From Spirochaetia bacterium (GTDB taxonomy: Bacteria > Spirochaetota > Spirochaetia > UBA9216): a stretch of DNA of 64,000 nucleotides. The stretch lies in contig OY776510.1 of NCBI GenBank assembly GCA_963675665.1, forward strand, positions 2,048,001 through 2,112,000. Reading direction: 5' to 3'. Made by a program: the position numbers and the translations under genes. Shown piece after piece: positions 38,684 through 49,158 of this stretch (the first letter of the stretch is position 1; every line of letters begins with the position of its first letter). Below the pieces are notes generated by a model. The model had not been told where the DNA came from and searched no databases. It worked only from the letters and a program-made list of their open reading frames with translations.

Positions 38684-39921
38684 GCGGATTTTTTGGAAAA
38701 GATAATTTCTGGTTTTTCCTTATTGTTTACAACATCGGATGTGACCCGAATTTGTTTTTCGCCTTCAATAGAAGGCAAATCAAACATAATTTCCATCATT
38801 ATCGATTCAACGATCGATCTGAGGCCGCGGGCTCCGGTTTTTCTCTTTACCGCCAGTTTTGCTATCGCCTCAATTGCGGATTCTTCAAAAAGAAGCTCAA
38901 CTTCGTCCAGTTCAAGCAGCGCCTGATATTGCCGGATTATGGAATTCTTGGGTTCTGTAATTATCTTTTTAAGGCTGTCGACTTCGAGATTTGAAAGAGT
39001 TACATTGATGGGAAGTCTTCCGATAAATTCGGGTATCAGGCCGAATTTAATCAAATCGTCCGGAAGTAAATTCTCGTAAAGGCTTACAAGGTCTTTTTCA
39101 TCGCTCGGTTTTACATCGGCACCGAATCCCATGGGATGCTGTGATATCCGGGTCTCGATAACCTTGTCGAGACCGACGAACGCTCCTCCGCAGATGAACA
39201 GGATGTTCTTCGTGTCGATTTTAAGCATCTCCTGGTTCGGGTGCTTTCGGCCGCCCTGGGGAGGGACGGAAGCCTCTGTGCCCTCGATTATTTTAAGAAG
39301 GGCCTGCTGAACGCCTTCGCCTGAAACGTCGCGTGTAATTGATACGTTTTCACCCTTGCGGGAGATCTTGTCAATCTCGTCGATGTAAATGATGCCTTTT
39401 TCTGCAGCCGCAATATTATTTCCGGCATTCTGAATAAGTTTTAGAAGTATATTCTCAACGTCTTCACCTACATATCCGGCCTCGGTAAGGGTGGTTGCGT
39501 CCGCAATTGCAAACGGAACCTTCAGTTTCTGGGCAAGAGTTCTTGCAAGAAGAGTTTTGCCTGTACCTGTCGGGCCGATGAGCAGAACATTAGATTTTTC
39601 AAGTTCGACATCCTTGTCGATTTTAGTGTTCTGAGTGATTCGCTTATAATGGTTGTATACAGCCACCGAAAGAACTTTTTTGGCTGATTCCTGTCCTATA
39701 ATATACTGATCAAGGTAGCTTTTGATTTCCTGCGGTTTCGGGACCTCTTCGAGGTATTCTCCGGTCAGGATATCTTCTTCTTCCTCAAGTATCTTTTTAC
39801 AGACGTAAACACAGTCGTCGCAGATGTAAACGCCGGGGCCTGCTATAAGTTTGCGTGCAGCGTCGGCGCTTTTACCGCAGAAAGAGCAGACTTTGTTGTT
39901 ATCCGTTTTATTTCGTGCCAT
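38680..39921 (-). CDS. clpX: ATP-dependent Clp protease ATP-binding subunit ClpX
   Basis: CSFCGK zinc domain, [21 protein letters not shown] loop. Confidence 0.97.
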   Translation of the reverse strand: MARNKTDNNKVCSFCGKSADAARKLIAGPGVYICDDCVYVCKKILEEEEDILTGEYLEEVPKPQEIKSYLDQYIIGQESAKKVLSVAVYNHYKRITQNTKIDKDVELEKSNVLLIGPTGTGKTLLARTLAQKLKVPFAIADATTLTEAGYVGEDVENILLKLIQNAGNNIAAAEKGIIYIDEIDKISRKGENVSITRDVSGEGVQQALLKIIEGTEASVPPQGGRKHPNQEMLKIDTKNILFICGGAFVGLDKVIETRISQHPMGFGADVKPSDEKDLVSLYENLLPDDLIKFGLIPEFIGRLPINVTLSNLEVDSLKKIITEPKNSIIRQYQALLELDEVELLFEESAIEAIAKLAVKRKTGARGLRSIVESIMMEIMFDLPSIEGEKQIRVTSDVVNNKEKPEIIFSKKSA

Positions 39922-40519
39922 TTTCCCCTCTTGAAAGCACCTTGTCGACAATGCCGTAGTTTACAGCATCTTCTGACGACATGAAAAAATCGCGTTCCAG
40001 GTCGGCCGCTATCTGGTCGGTGCTTTTGCCTGTATGATGGGCAAAATAATCGATGGTCATTTTTTTCAGTCTGACAATTTCTTTTGCCTGTATTCCGATA
40101 TCCGTAGCCTGTCCCTGAACACCGCCCCATGGCTGGTGAATCATGACACGGGAGGACGGCAGGGCCAGTCGCTTTCCTGCTGTGCCGCATGTGAGCAGAA
40201 GCGCTCCCATTGAAGCTGCCTGCCCAAGGCAGATGGTCTGGACATCGGATTTAATATGCTGAATTGTATCGTAAATCGCAAGTCCGGCTGTAACTGATCC
40301 GCCGGGTGAATTTATATATATATTAATGTCGCGTTCGGGATCCTGTGATTCCAGAAAAAGAAGCTGAGCTACAACCAGGTCGGCAGTTAAATCGTTGATT
40401 TCTCCGTCGACAAAGATTATTCTGTCTTTCAACAGGCGTGAATAAATGTCGTAAGACCTTTCTCCCACGCCGGTCTGTTCAATTACAACTGGTACAAGAC
40501 TGTTCATTTTTTCGTTCAT
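39908..40519 (-). CDS. clpP: ATP-dependent Clp protease proteolytic subunit
   Basis: [26 protein letters not shown]. Confidence 0.97.
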   Translation of the reverse strand: MNEKMNSLVPVVIEQTGVGERSYDIYSRLLKDRIIFVDGEINDLTADLVVAQLLFLESQDPERDINIYINSPGGSVTAGLAIYDTIQHIKSDVQTICLGQAASMGALLLTCGTAGKRLALPSSRVMIHQPWGGVQGQATDIGIQAKEIVRLKKMTIDYFAHHTGKSTDQIAADLERDFFMSSEDAVNYGIVDKVLSRGENGTK

Positions 40520-40548
40520 GCTGGTATACTCCACTAACATTTCCTAAT

Positions 40549-41910
40549 TTACTGCTTATTTTGCATCAAGTCCAGATAATCTTTTTTTGCTCCCTCTTTG
40601 ATATCGGCACTATCCAGCAGTAAATCAAAAAGTTTTCTGCTGCTGATATCATTTCTGAGATAGAACAGCATGCCGTTCTGTTCAAAATAATTTTTGGCGT
40701 CTTCATAGCTCATTCCGGCTGTATCCGCCTGTTTTTTGAGTTCTTCGTCTACTTCTTCATCGCTTACTTCTATTTTTTCATCCTTGATTAACTGTTCTGT
40801 TATAAGGAATGATTTAACGCTTTTTTCCGCAGAAGGTTCCCATTCCTTCAGCATTTCGTCCTTTGTTCTGCCCTGCGCTTCTATAATCTGAAGAACCTGC
40901 TCTTCCGGCATTCTGGACTGGGAGACAAAGCTGTTCCATGATTGTTCCATTTCTGCCTGAACCATTGACGCCGGTACCTGAAAATCAGAGTTTTCAATAA
41001 TCTGATCCATAAGTTTCTGCTTATTACTTTCATTTATAAAGGTTTCAGCGCTTTCGGTAAGCCTTTCTTTGATTGAATCCTTGAGATCCTTAAGGGTTTT
41101 ATACTCATCACTGATATCCTGTGCGAGTTCATCGTCAAGTTCGGGCAGTTCTTTTACTTTTATGCTGTTCAGTTTTACCTTCAGGCTAATTTTTCTGCCG
41201 GCAAGACTCTTGTCGCTGTCGTCTTCAGCATATTCTTTCCCGATTGTTTTCTCTTCACCGGCGGCCATGCCTGTAATGTCATCGTCAAGTTTGTATATAT
41301 TGTACCCGGTCCCTATTGTGAATACAAAATCTTCACGTTTGGAATCTTCTATTTCGTTCCCGTCCGCATCAAGTTCGCAGTAATTAATATTTACGATATC
41401 ATCTTTTTCAGCGTTGCCTTTTGTTTTTTCCACTACAGTTGCATTCTGTTCCCTGAGAAGATCCAGTTCCCGGTCTACGTCCTTCTTGCCGATTTTACAT
41501 ACCGGAGCTTCAATCTTAAGACCCTTGTATTCACCGAGTTTTACATCGGGCATTGTGTCGTAGGTGACGGCAAAGGTAAAATCCTTGTCAAGCTCGATCA
41601 TAATTTCATTATCATCTTCCTGGAGCTCCGGTGTTGCATAGGGAAGCGGTTTTTTGTCCACATCTTCATATGCCTCTTTCAGGCCGTTCTCCATCAGATT
41701 CATGGTTGCTTCGCCCCTGATTGATTCTCCGAACTTCTGTTCGAGGATTTTTGCAGGAGCCTTTCCCTTTCTGAATCCCTTAATATGGGCTGATTTTGCG
41801 TATTTGTTAAGCAGGTCGTTGTATTCTTTGTTTACCGCATCTTTGCCTACAGTAACTGTCAGTTTCACAGATGAATTTTCCAGGTTTTCCATATTCTTGC
41901 TTACGATCAT
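40549..41910 (-). CDS. tig: Trigger factor
   Basis: GFRKGKAP ribosome-binding motif; position upstream of clpP-clpX-lon. Confidence 0.95.
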   Translation of the reverse strand: MIVSKNMENLENSSVKLTVTVGKDAVNKEYNDLLNKYAKSAHIKGFRKGKAPAKILEQKFGESIRGEATMNLMENGLKEAYEDVDKKPLPYATPELQEDDNEIMIELDKDFTFAVTYDTMPDVKLGEYKGLKIEAPVCKIGKKDVDRELDLLREQNATVVEKTKGNAEKDDIVNINYCELDADGNEIEDSKREDFVFTIGTGYNIYKLDDDITGMAAGEEKTIGKEYAEDDSDKSLAGRKISLKVKLNSIKVKELPELDDELAQDISDEYKTLKDLKDSIKERLTESAETFINESNKQKLMDQIIENSDFQVPASMVQAEMEQSWNSFVSQSRMPEEQVLQIIEAQGRTKDEMLKEWEPSAEKSVKSFLITEQLIKDEKIEVSDEEVDEELKKQADTAGMSYEDAKNYFEQNGMLFYLRNDISSRKLFDLLLDSADIKEGAKKDYLDLMQNKQ

Positions 41911-41957
41911 AATATTCCTCGTTTATGTTTTCCGTTTGTTTCCAACGGTGGAATGCT

Positions 41958-41996
41958 AAAAAAAAGGCGATTAAGGAAGCACCCTAATCGCCTTTT
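41958..41996 (-). terminator. Terminator-like hairpin between tRNA-Gly and tig
   Basis: aaaaggcgatta...taatcgcc followed by T8 on the minus strand. Confidence 0.7.
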
Positions 41997-42001
41997 AGTA
42001 G

Positions 42002-42073
42002 AGCGGGAGACGGGAATTGAACCCGCGACATCCACCTTGGCAAGGTGGAGCTCTACCGCTGAGCTACTCCCGC
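42002..42073 (-). tRNA. tRNA-Gly(GCC)
   Basis: gcgggagtagctcagcggtagagc...cttgccaagg...ggttcaattccc; CCA not encoded. Confidence 0.95.
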
Positions 42074-42119
42074 TTGTTGTTTTCCGGCGCCCAAAAAGGC
42101 GCATATCCCACAAGAGATA

Positions 42120-42201
42120 TGCGAGAGAAGGGACTTGAACCCTTACGCCATAAGGCACCAGATCCTAAGTCTGGCGTGTCTGCCAATTTCACCACTCTCG
42201 C
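42120..42201 (-). tRNA. tRNA-Leu(TAG)
   Basis: gcgagagtggtgaaattggcagac...cttagga, long variable arm. Confidence 0.95.
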
Positions 42202-42331
42202 AGTGTACCTGCGGAGAGTTTAACTTTCAGAAAGAAAATTAATCTCCCTGAAAGATAGCCACTTTCTTTCGAAGAGTGTCCGCATTATATACGCTTTTTC
42301 GTTTCATGGTCAATATATAACGAAAAAGTTT

Positions 42332-42404
42332 TGAGCCGTGTAGGGATCGAACCTACGACCCGCAGATTAAGAGTCTGCTGCTCTCCCAGCTGAGCTAACG
42401 GCCC
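42332..42404 (-). tRNA. tRNA-Lys(CTT)
   Basis: gggccgttagctcagctgggagagc, anticodon loop ctcttaa. Confidence 0.95.
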
Positions 42405-42518
42405 ATAGTTATTCCAAAAAACAAAGGCTTCTGATAAAGCCTCTAAACAGCCCCCGAAAGGAGACTATCTAATGAAAGAACAAAGTTCTTTCAAATTAAA
42501 AATCTGCAAGATTTTTAA

Positions 42519-42592
<74 letters not shown>

Positions 42593-42622
42593 ACAGCTCC
42601 TGCCATACGTCAGGCGCCATAG

Positions 42623-42696
42623 GGTGGATAACGGGACTTGAACCCGCAACACCCAGAACCACAATCTGGTGCTCTACCGATTGAACTATATCCACC
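42623..42696 (-). tRNA. tRNA-His(GTG)
   Basis: G-1, loop ttgtggt, C discriminator. Confidence 0.95.
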
Positions 42697-42771
42697 ATGA
42701 TGTGGATAGGAATATGCAATATTTTGGGTTTTTTGTCAAGCCGAAATAAATACGTAAGTTGTTATATTATT

Positions 42772-45024
42772 TCAAGTTCCCTTAATTGAAATCAGCAGGA
42801 AACTCAGCTTCCAGTTCACAATCCGCCCTGAAAGCCGTTCGCTGATCAGGGCCTTAAGAACGGTTGTTTCTTCATAAGTAAGTGTTTGGGCCAGATGCCG
42901 GCCGTATCCGGAACCTCCGTCAGCAAACCATCTTTCAATATCAGCAGTTTGAACTGGACGTTTTTCTTCAATAGTTAAAATCTCGTGTTCAACTGAGAAT
43001 CCTGCATTTTCCGCAGCATCAACAATATCAGCCGGGCCCCAGTTTACCAGCGGATGGTCAGAATTTGCGTAGATACCCGCTTCGGAGGCTTTGAGGGCCT
43101 TAAAAAGAGAAGGTTTCAAATCTTTCAGATCTTCCAGTTCGGCAAGATTTGAGAGCCTCTGTGCGTTTGAGGGAATAAACTGACTGAGTCGGAGGCTTCC
43201 GTTTTTGCCCAGCAAACTGTTTATAGAGACAAAAAAAGAGGTTTTATCTGTATTTATGAATTCCCGGCGCGTGAAAATATCACGTACCATGATTTTCTCA
43301 AATTTCAGGTCTTTCGGCAGCCCTGAAATCAGATTTTCAACAAAAACTTCCCAATCGGAGGTGCCGGCAGTTACAGAAGCAGCTATTTCAACAGGCCGGG
43401 TTTCCTCCGGCAGCGATTGTGCATAGTGCCGGCATATTTCAGCTTCTTTTTCGCCGGCCGGCAGGTAATATACGCCGCCCTCGGGTACAGATCTTAGGGC
43501 TTCCCATAACAGCACCGGGACTCCGGGTTCCAGAATAAGTATGCAGTCGTGACGATTGATTTTCTCATTATTACCGGGAAATTTTTCCCTTATTGCAGCA
43601 AGTGTTTTCCCTGCTTCGCGGTTCAGCCTGTACAACCAGCGTTCGCTGTTTTTATCAGGCGGCGAAAAACTTAAAATCTCTTCGGTTCGATCTTCAGTAA
43701 CCGCAGCCAGCTGAATCTCTCTCCGGCTCATTATCCGGTCGCGAATCCCCGCCTCAAATCCCTGATCCGACGGTTCGTAAAACACCCGGCCCTGCAGCCC
43801 GGAAGGCAGATATTGCTGTGCAACCCAGTGGTCTTTATAGGCGTGCGGGTAAAGGTACCCCTCGCCGTGTCCGAACCCTTCCTTGTCGCGGCCGGCATCT
43901 TTAAGATGATTGGGAACCTCACGAGCAAATTCCTGTTCCACTGCTCCGAGTGCATCGAAGAACGAAAGGGCCGTATTTGATTTTGGTGCGGTTGCAAGAT
44001 AGAGCGCCGCCTGCGTGAGGTGAAACCTGCCTTCAGGAAGCCCTACACGGTCGAAGGCTGCCGCCGCAGATTCTACTACGCCCAAAGCCCCGGGATCGGC
44101 CAGACCGATGTCTTCGCTTGCGCTTATAAGCATTCGGCGGAAAATATAGCGCGGTTCTTCGCCGGCGCGGATCATGGTGGCAAGCCAGTAAAGGACTGCA
44201 TCGGGATCGGAGCCCCTTATTGATTTAATGAACGCGCTGATTGTATCGTAATGGTAGTCGCCTTCCTTGTCGTAGAGCAGAGCCTTTTTCTGGATGCTTT
44301 CCTCGGCCGCGTCCAGCGTTACCCTGATAATGGAGCCGTGTGCCGGGGGAAAATTGTCGGCGCTTGTCTCAATTGCAAGTTCCAGCGCGTTCAGCAGGCT
44401 CCGCGCATCTCCGTTAGCAGTTTGTATAAGATGTTCAAGCGCGCTTTCTTCAAATTGAACCTTCCAGCGGCCGTACCCGCGGTCAGGGTCGTTTACCGCC
44501 TGCATCGCTATGTTGCGAAGATCCTCTGCAGTAAGAGGCTTAAGCTGAAAGATTCGGCTGCGGCTGACAAGCGCTTTGTTCACTTCAAAATAGGGATTTT
44601 CCGTAGTGGCGCCGATTAGAATTACAGTCCCGTTTTCAACCCACGGCAGCAACGCATCCTGCTGGGATTTATTCCACCGGTGCACCTCATCAACAAACAG
44701 GATTGTCCGCCGGCCGTAAAGATCGCGGTGACTCTGGGCCTCGGCAATAGCGTCGCGCAGGTTCTTTACTCCGTCCAGAACTGCGTTCATGGTAATAAAG
44801 CTGCTGCTTGTTGTGTTGGCTATAACGCGCGCAAGTGTTGTTTTTCCGGTGCCCGGCGGTCCATAGAATATTATTGAAGACATTCTGTCGGCCTGGATAA
44901 TTCTTCGCAGCAGTCTTCCGGGGCCTGCAATATGGTCCTGTCCGATAAACTCGTTTATATTTCGCGGCCGCATGCGAAAGGCAAGAGGGGCTTCGTTATT
45001 TTCGGTTTGCGAGAATAGCTCCAC
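42772..45024 (-). CDS. rarA: Replication-associated recombination protein A (RarA/MgsA), long form with C-terminal extension
   Basis: [60 protein letters not shown] start inferred. Confidence 0.9.
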   Translation of the reverse strand: MELFSQTENNEAPLAFRMRPRNINEFIGQDHIAGPGRLLRRIIQADRMSSIIFYGPPGTGKTTLARVIANTTSSSFITMNAVLDGVKNLRDAIAEAQSHRDLYGRRTILFVDEVHRWNKSQQDALLPWVENGTVILIGATTENPYFEVNKALVSRSRIFQLKPLTAEDLRNIAMQAVNDPDRGYGRWKVQFEESALEHLIQTANGDARSLLNALELAIETSADNFPPAHGSIIRVTLDAAEESIQKKALLYDKEGDYHYDTISAFIKSIRGSDPDAVLYWLATMIRAGEEPRYIFRRMLISASEDIGLADPGALGVVESAAAAFDRVGLPEGRFHLTQAALYLATAPKSNTALSFFDALGAVEQEFAREVPNHLKDAGRDKEGFGHGEGYLYPHAYKDHWVAQQYLPSGLQGRVFYEPSDQGFEAGIRDRIMSRREIQLAAVTEDRTEEILSFSPPDKNSERWLYRLNREAGKTLAAIREKFPGNNEKINRHDCILILEPGVPVLLWEALRSVPEGGVYYLPAGEKEAEICRHYAQSLPEETRPVEIAASVTAGTSDWEVFVENLISGLPKDLKFEKIMVRDIFTRREFINTDKTSFFVSINSLLGKNGSLRLSQFIPSNAQRLSNLAELEDLKDLKPSLFKALKASEAGIYANSDHPLVNWGPADIVDAAENAGFSVEHEILTIEEKRPVQTADIERWFADGGSGYGRHLAQTLTYEETTVLKALISERLSGRIVNWKLSFLLISIKGT

Positions 45025-45137
45025 TGCAGAAGTATAGATTATGGCGGCAGGTGTATGCAAGCGGTGAGGATATTAAATAATAAATGGTGTCAATATGCCG
45101 TAAAATGAACAGTATTGTCATAATATGGCAAAAAAAA

Positions 45138-45190
45138 TTGACAATTGCAAGTTTTGCTGTATAATAAAAGCATATTCCACAATGTGGCAA
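45138..45190 (+). promoter_or_regulatory. Promoter and IclR-type operator of the TRAP operon
   Basis: TTGACA-N16-TATAAT, then TTCCAC-AAT-GTGGCA quasi-palindrome. Confidence 0.6.
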
Positions 45191-45205
45191 AACAAGGAGA
45201 GAATA

Positions 45206-46231
45206 ATGAAAAGAAAAGGTATTCTTATTGCAGCAATTATCTTAATTGTCTGTATGAGCGGTTTTGCATCCGGACAACAGGATGCAACGGACGATTCCGG
45301 TTTAAAGGAACCGGTTAAAATGAAGATTGGGCATTCATTTACTGAAAATACATCCAGACATCAATCATTGCTGAAATTCAAGGAAATGGTTGAAGAAAGA
45401 ACTGACGGCGCGATCATTGTTGAGGTGTATCCTTCAAGCCAGTTGGGCACGGAGATGGAAATGCTTGAAGCAGTAAAAATGGGAAGCATAGAGGGTTTGC
45501 GGTGCGGCCCGTTTGAAGATGCGGCTCCGGAGCTTTTGATATATACAATGCCGTTTTTATTCAGCGATATGGATGCTGTGCACAGGGTTACACGCGGGGC
45601 AATAACCCGGGAGATTATCAAGAGCACGGAAAAAAATGGAATCAAGGTACTTGCAGTAGGCGATTCAGGAGAGTTCCGGCATTTCACAAATAATGTAAGA
45701 CCTATCACAAAGCCTGAAGATATAAAGGGTTTAAAGATGAGAACTCCTCCGATGGAAAGTATTGTTAAGATAATGGAAGCCCTTGGAGGCAACCCTGTTT
45801 CAATACCTTTCAGCGAAACCTACATGGCTCTTAAAACCGGTGTAGCCGACGGGGAGGAGAATCCTTTTACCAATATTGATAAAATGAAATTTTATGAAGT
45901 ACAGAAATATCTTTCTGTAGTTAACTACCAGTATCATGCTGAAATGCTCTATGTTCCGTTAGCGTGGTTTAATTCTCTTGATAAAGGTATTCAGGATATC
46001 CTGCTCGAGTGTGCCCATGAGCATATGAAAATAAATGATGACCTGTTAAAGGAAGAATCAAAACTGAGTGAGGAAGTTTGCCGAGCCAATATGGAAGTAA
46101 ATGAACTTACTCCGGCTCAGAGACAGGTTTTTATTGATAAGGTGCAGCCTGTATATCAGTACTACATTGAAAAGGGTGTTTTTTCTCAAGCTGATATTGA
46201 TGAAATTCGCAGGATTGCTGAAGGTAAATAA
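45206..46231 (+). CDS. dctP: TRAP transporter substrate-binding protein
   Basis: VYPSSQLG, DIKGLKMRT, ETYMALKTGVADGEENP, KFYEVQKY. Confidence 0.93.
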   Translation: MKRKGILIAAIILIVCMSGFASGQQDATDDSGLKEPVKMKIGHSFTENTSRHQSLLKFKEMVEERTDGAIIVEVYPSSQLGTEMEMLEAVKMGSIEGLRCGPFEDAAPELLIYTMPFLFSDMDAVHRVTRGAITREIIKSTEKNGIKVLAVGDSGEFRHFTNNVRPITKPEDIKGLKMRTPPMESIVKIMEALGGNPVSIPFSETYMALKTGVADGEENPFTNIDKMKFYEVQKYLSVVNYQYHAEMLYVPLAWFNSLDKGIQDILLECAHEHMKINDDLLKEESKLSEEVCRANMEVNELTPAQRQVFIDKVQPVYQYYIEKGVFSQADIDEIRRIAEGK

Positions 46232-46411
46232 AAAACCGGCAGGAAAGCATTTACTTAACGTTATGCTTTCCTGCTTCCCAAATACGTTAAAGAATGTATT
46301 AGAAAGCCGGAAAAACTTCTGATAAAGACTCAATCGTCAGTAATTAATTTTTCTTGTAATGAAATGGAAGATGCTATAATTAAGGTATATTTGCTTGTAT
46401 AGGAGGGAGAT

Positions 46412-46903
46412 TTGACTGGTTTAATTAACAGGGTCTGCAGCGGATACGAAGTTTTTTGTCGTATCCTGTTGCTTTTTATGACAGTGCTAATAATAGTTTT
46501 TGTTTTTATGCGGTATTTTTTCGGAATTACTTTTGTCTGGGCCGAAGAATTGATAACCATGTTATTTATTTCAACTACATATTTCGGGGCCGTTATCGGT
46601 ATGAAATATAACGAACATATCAGAATAGGCTTTTTTTATGATACCTGCACAGGCAAAAAAAGGAAAGTGATTGATATTGTCAATGATCTGATAATTCTTG
46701 GCCTTCAGATTAGTATTGTATTTATGAGTTATAACTGGATTACGAAGGTCGGAGACGTTCTGACAAACGGGCTTCGTGTACCGATAAAATTCTTTTACTT
46801 TATGATGCCGTTCAGTGCTTTTTTTATCGGGCTTTACTGTATCTTCAATATTGCGGGAATCATAATAAACTGGAATGAGAATTCTTCAAGTGAGGTTGCA
46901 TAG
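46412..46903 (+). CDS. dctQ: TRAP transporter small permease
   Basis: RYFF...WAEEL...HIRI; 4 TM; GGAGG RBS before TTG. Confidence 0.9.
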   Translation: MTGLINRVCSGYEVFCRILLLFMTVLIIVFVFMRYFFGITFVWAEELITMLFISTTYFGAVIGMKYNEHIRIGFFYDTCTGKKRKVIDIVNDLIILGLQISIVFMSYNWITKVGDVLTNGLRVPIKFFYFMMPFSAFFIGLYCIFNIAGIIINWNENSSSEVA

Positions 46904-48187
46904 ATGGGAATAATCATCTTACTTGCCAGTCTGGTAATCTTTATAATTCTTGGAGTACCGATATGTTTTTCTCTCGGAGCGTCCGGGCTGCTGTATTTTT
47001 TACTGGAAAAGCCGGAGCTTATTTCCATTTTGCCCCAGAGAATATGGGCCGGTACAAACAGTTTTGTTCTGATAGCATTGCCGCTTTTTATTATGGCCGG
47101 AAATCTGATGAATAAAGGCGGGATCACAAGAAGAATAATAGACTTCAGCCTGTTTCTGGTCAGACCGTTCAGGGGAGGTCTTGGTGAGGTAAATGTAGTT
47201 GCAAGCATGATCTTCGGCGGAATTTCCGGATCGTCTGTGGCAGATACTTCAGCAATTGGATCTGTACTTATTCCGGAGATGGAAGCAAAAGGATACAGCA
47301 AAGGATTTTCAGCTGGTGTTACGGTCGGTTCATCAACAATGGGGATGATAATCCCTCCGAGTATTCCAATGTTGATGTTCGCAATGATTTCTCAGCAATC
47401 GGTAGGAGCCTTGTTTCTTGCCGGAGCAGTTCCCGGAATAATGATTGGCCTGACGCAGATTCTTATGGTTTTCGGTATCTCAAAAAAGAATAATTATCAC
47501 CCGGAATATAAACCTGTTCCTTTTAAGGTTTTTTTAAAGCAAAGCTGGGGTGGAATACTTGCAGTGCTGATGCCGCTGTTTATAATACTGTCTATTTCGT
47601 TCGGAATAGCTACGGCCACTGAATCGGCAGGTATTGCAGTTCTGTATTCATTGATTTTAGGGTTTTTTGTGTATAAAGAACTGACGTTGAAAGATTTCTG
47701 GCATGCACTGATAAAAACGGTGCTGTTTTCCAGTTCAGTTCTTTTTATCGTAGGGTTTTCTACAATATATACGTGGATTCTTTCAATTGAACAGATACCA
47801 CAGACGATAGGAGCATTTCTTGTAAATCTTGAGGTTTCAAGGTTCTGGATTCTCCTTCTTGTAGACTTGCTTATACTTTTAATAGGTACATTTATTGATG
47901 TTGTACCAGCACTGTATCTGTTATCGCCGATTCTGCTTCCGATAATGGCGGGGTTCGGGGTTCATCCGCTTCAGTTGGGTGCAATATTAATAGTCGGTTT
48001 GGCTATTGGTCTGATTACACCGCCGGTAGGTATGTGCCTTAATGCAGCTACGAAGATTTGCGGAATGCCTATAACAAAAATAGCAAGAAATGCAGTGCCA
48101 TTTATTCTCTGTAATATTATTGTACTTTTGCTGGTTACGTTTATTCCCGAGGTTTCGATATGGTTGCCTCTGCAGGTATTTAATTAG
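46904..48187 (+). CDS. dctM: TRAP transporter large permease
   Basis: FGGISGSSVAD, IIPPSI, ATATES, GLITPPVG. Confidence 0.94.
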   Translation: MGIIILLASLVIFIILGVPICFSLGASGLLYFLLEKPELISILPQRIWAGTNSFVLIALPLFIMAGNLMNKGGITRRIIDFSLFLVRPFRGGLGEVNVVASMIFGGISGSSVADTSAIGSVLIPEMEAKGYSKGFSAGVTVGSSTMGMIIPPSIPMLMFAMISQQSVGALFLAGAVPGIMIGLTQILMVFGISKKNNYHPEYKPVPFKVFLKQSWGGILAVLMPLFIILSISFGIATATESAGIAVLYSLILGFFVYKELTLKDFWHALIKTVLFSSSVLFIVGFSTIYTWILSIEQIPQTIGAFLVNLEVSRFWILLLVDLLILLIGTFIDVVPALYLLSPILLPIMAGFGVHPLQLGAILIVGLAIGLITPPVGMCLNAATKICGMPITKIARNAVPFILCNIIVLLLVTFIPEVSIWLPLQVFN

Positions 48188-48375
48188 AAAGTTAATGAGT
48201 ATCTGTAATAGCCCTAAATCAGGATTATTACAGATTCACCAATGTTAAAAAGGATTGGAAATAACAGATTCTGAATGTTTTGGCTGGTTCTCTCTGATGC
48301 GGTGATACCGCATCAGAAAGGTTGATTTTTAAACGGCATTTAATTATCTTATTATTAAATTAAAAGGAAGGTCTA

Positions 48376-49158
48376 ATGAAGGTACAGTCGATTGATCGTG
48401 CTTTTGATATTATGGAGCATCTATCGCGGGAGCCTGAGGGGCTTAGTTTAACCGAAATTAGTCAGAAGCTTGAGCTTCCCACAAGCACGGTATACCGCCT
48501 TCTTTCAGTCTTACGGGACCGAAATTATATCGATAAAAATGATTCTACCAGTGTTTACAGGCTGGGTCTGGGTTTTCTTGAACTTACAAGCATGTATCTT
48601 GGAAGTCTGGAATTAAAGACAGAAGCCCAGCCATACCTGCGTAACCTGTCAAAGATGACGGGACAGGTTGTTTTCCTTGGTATTGAACAGGATAATGAAC
48701 TTGTTTTTATCGATCGGTACGAACAGTATAATGAAATGAGAAAATACTGTTTTATCGGACAGCGGCATCAGTTGTACTGTACGGCTCTTGGAAAATCACT
48801 TTTAATAGGTCATACAAATGAGAACATTCGAAAGATATATGAAAAAAAGGGTTTGAAGCCCTACACCGAAAATACAATAACCGATATAGATGAATTAATA
48901 AGGCAAATCGATCTGAACCGTGAGCGAAAGTATTCTATCGATAACCAGGAAAATGAAGTGGGTACTTACGGTATTGCCGCGCCGGTTTATGATTATCGGG
49001 GAATAATAATTGCCGCTGTAAGTTCTCCATGGAGTCTTGATTCACAGGTTTTACCCGATCGGGAACGCATTATAGAGCTTGTAAAACAGACTGCCGCCGA
49101 AATTTCAAAACGGTTGGGTTATATCAAAAGGGATACGCCTGTTATTCAGCAGAATTGA
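48376..49158 (+). CDS. IclR family transcriptional regulator
   Basis: VQSIDRA, LPTSTVYRLL, CTALGK, IAAPVYD. Confidence 0.93.
   Translation: MKVQSIDRAFDIMEHLSREPEGLSLTEISQKLELPTSTVYRLLSVLRDRNYIDKNDSTSVYRLGLGFLELTSMYLGSLELKTEAQPYLRNLSKMTGQVVFLGIEQDNELVFIDRYEQYNEMRKYCFIGQRHQLYCTALGKSLLIGHTNENIRKIYEKKGLKPYTENTITDIDELIRQIDLNRERKYSIDNQENEVGTYGIAAPVYDYRGIIIAAVSSPWSLDSQVLPDRERIIELVKQTAAEISKRLGYIKRDTPVIQQN

Noticed and set aside
42689-42708. Inverted repeat pairing the tRNA-His 5' strand with upstream sequence
   Set aside because: The predicted promoter (TTGACA-N17-CATATT) would start transcription inside the repeat, so it is unlikely to form in RNA.
46239-46274. Strong hairpin after dctP (also 9288-9323)
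   Set aside because: Ordinary mRNA-stabilising structures after binding-protein genes.
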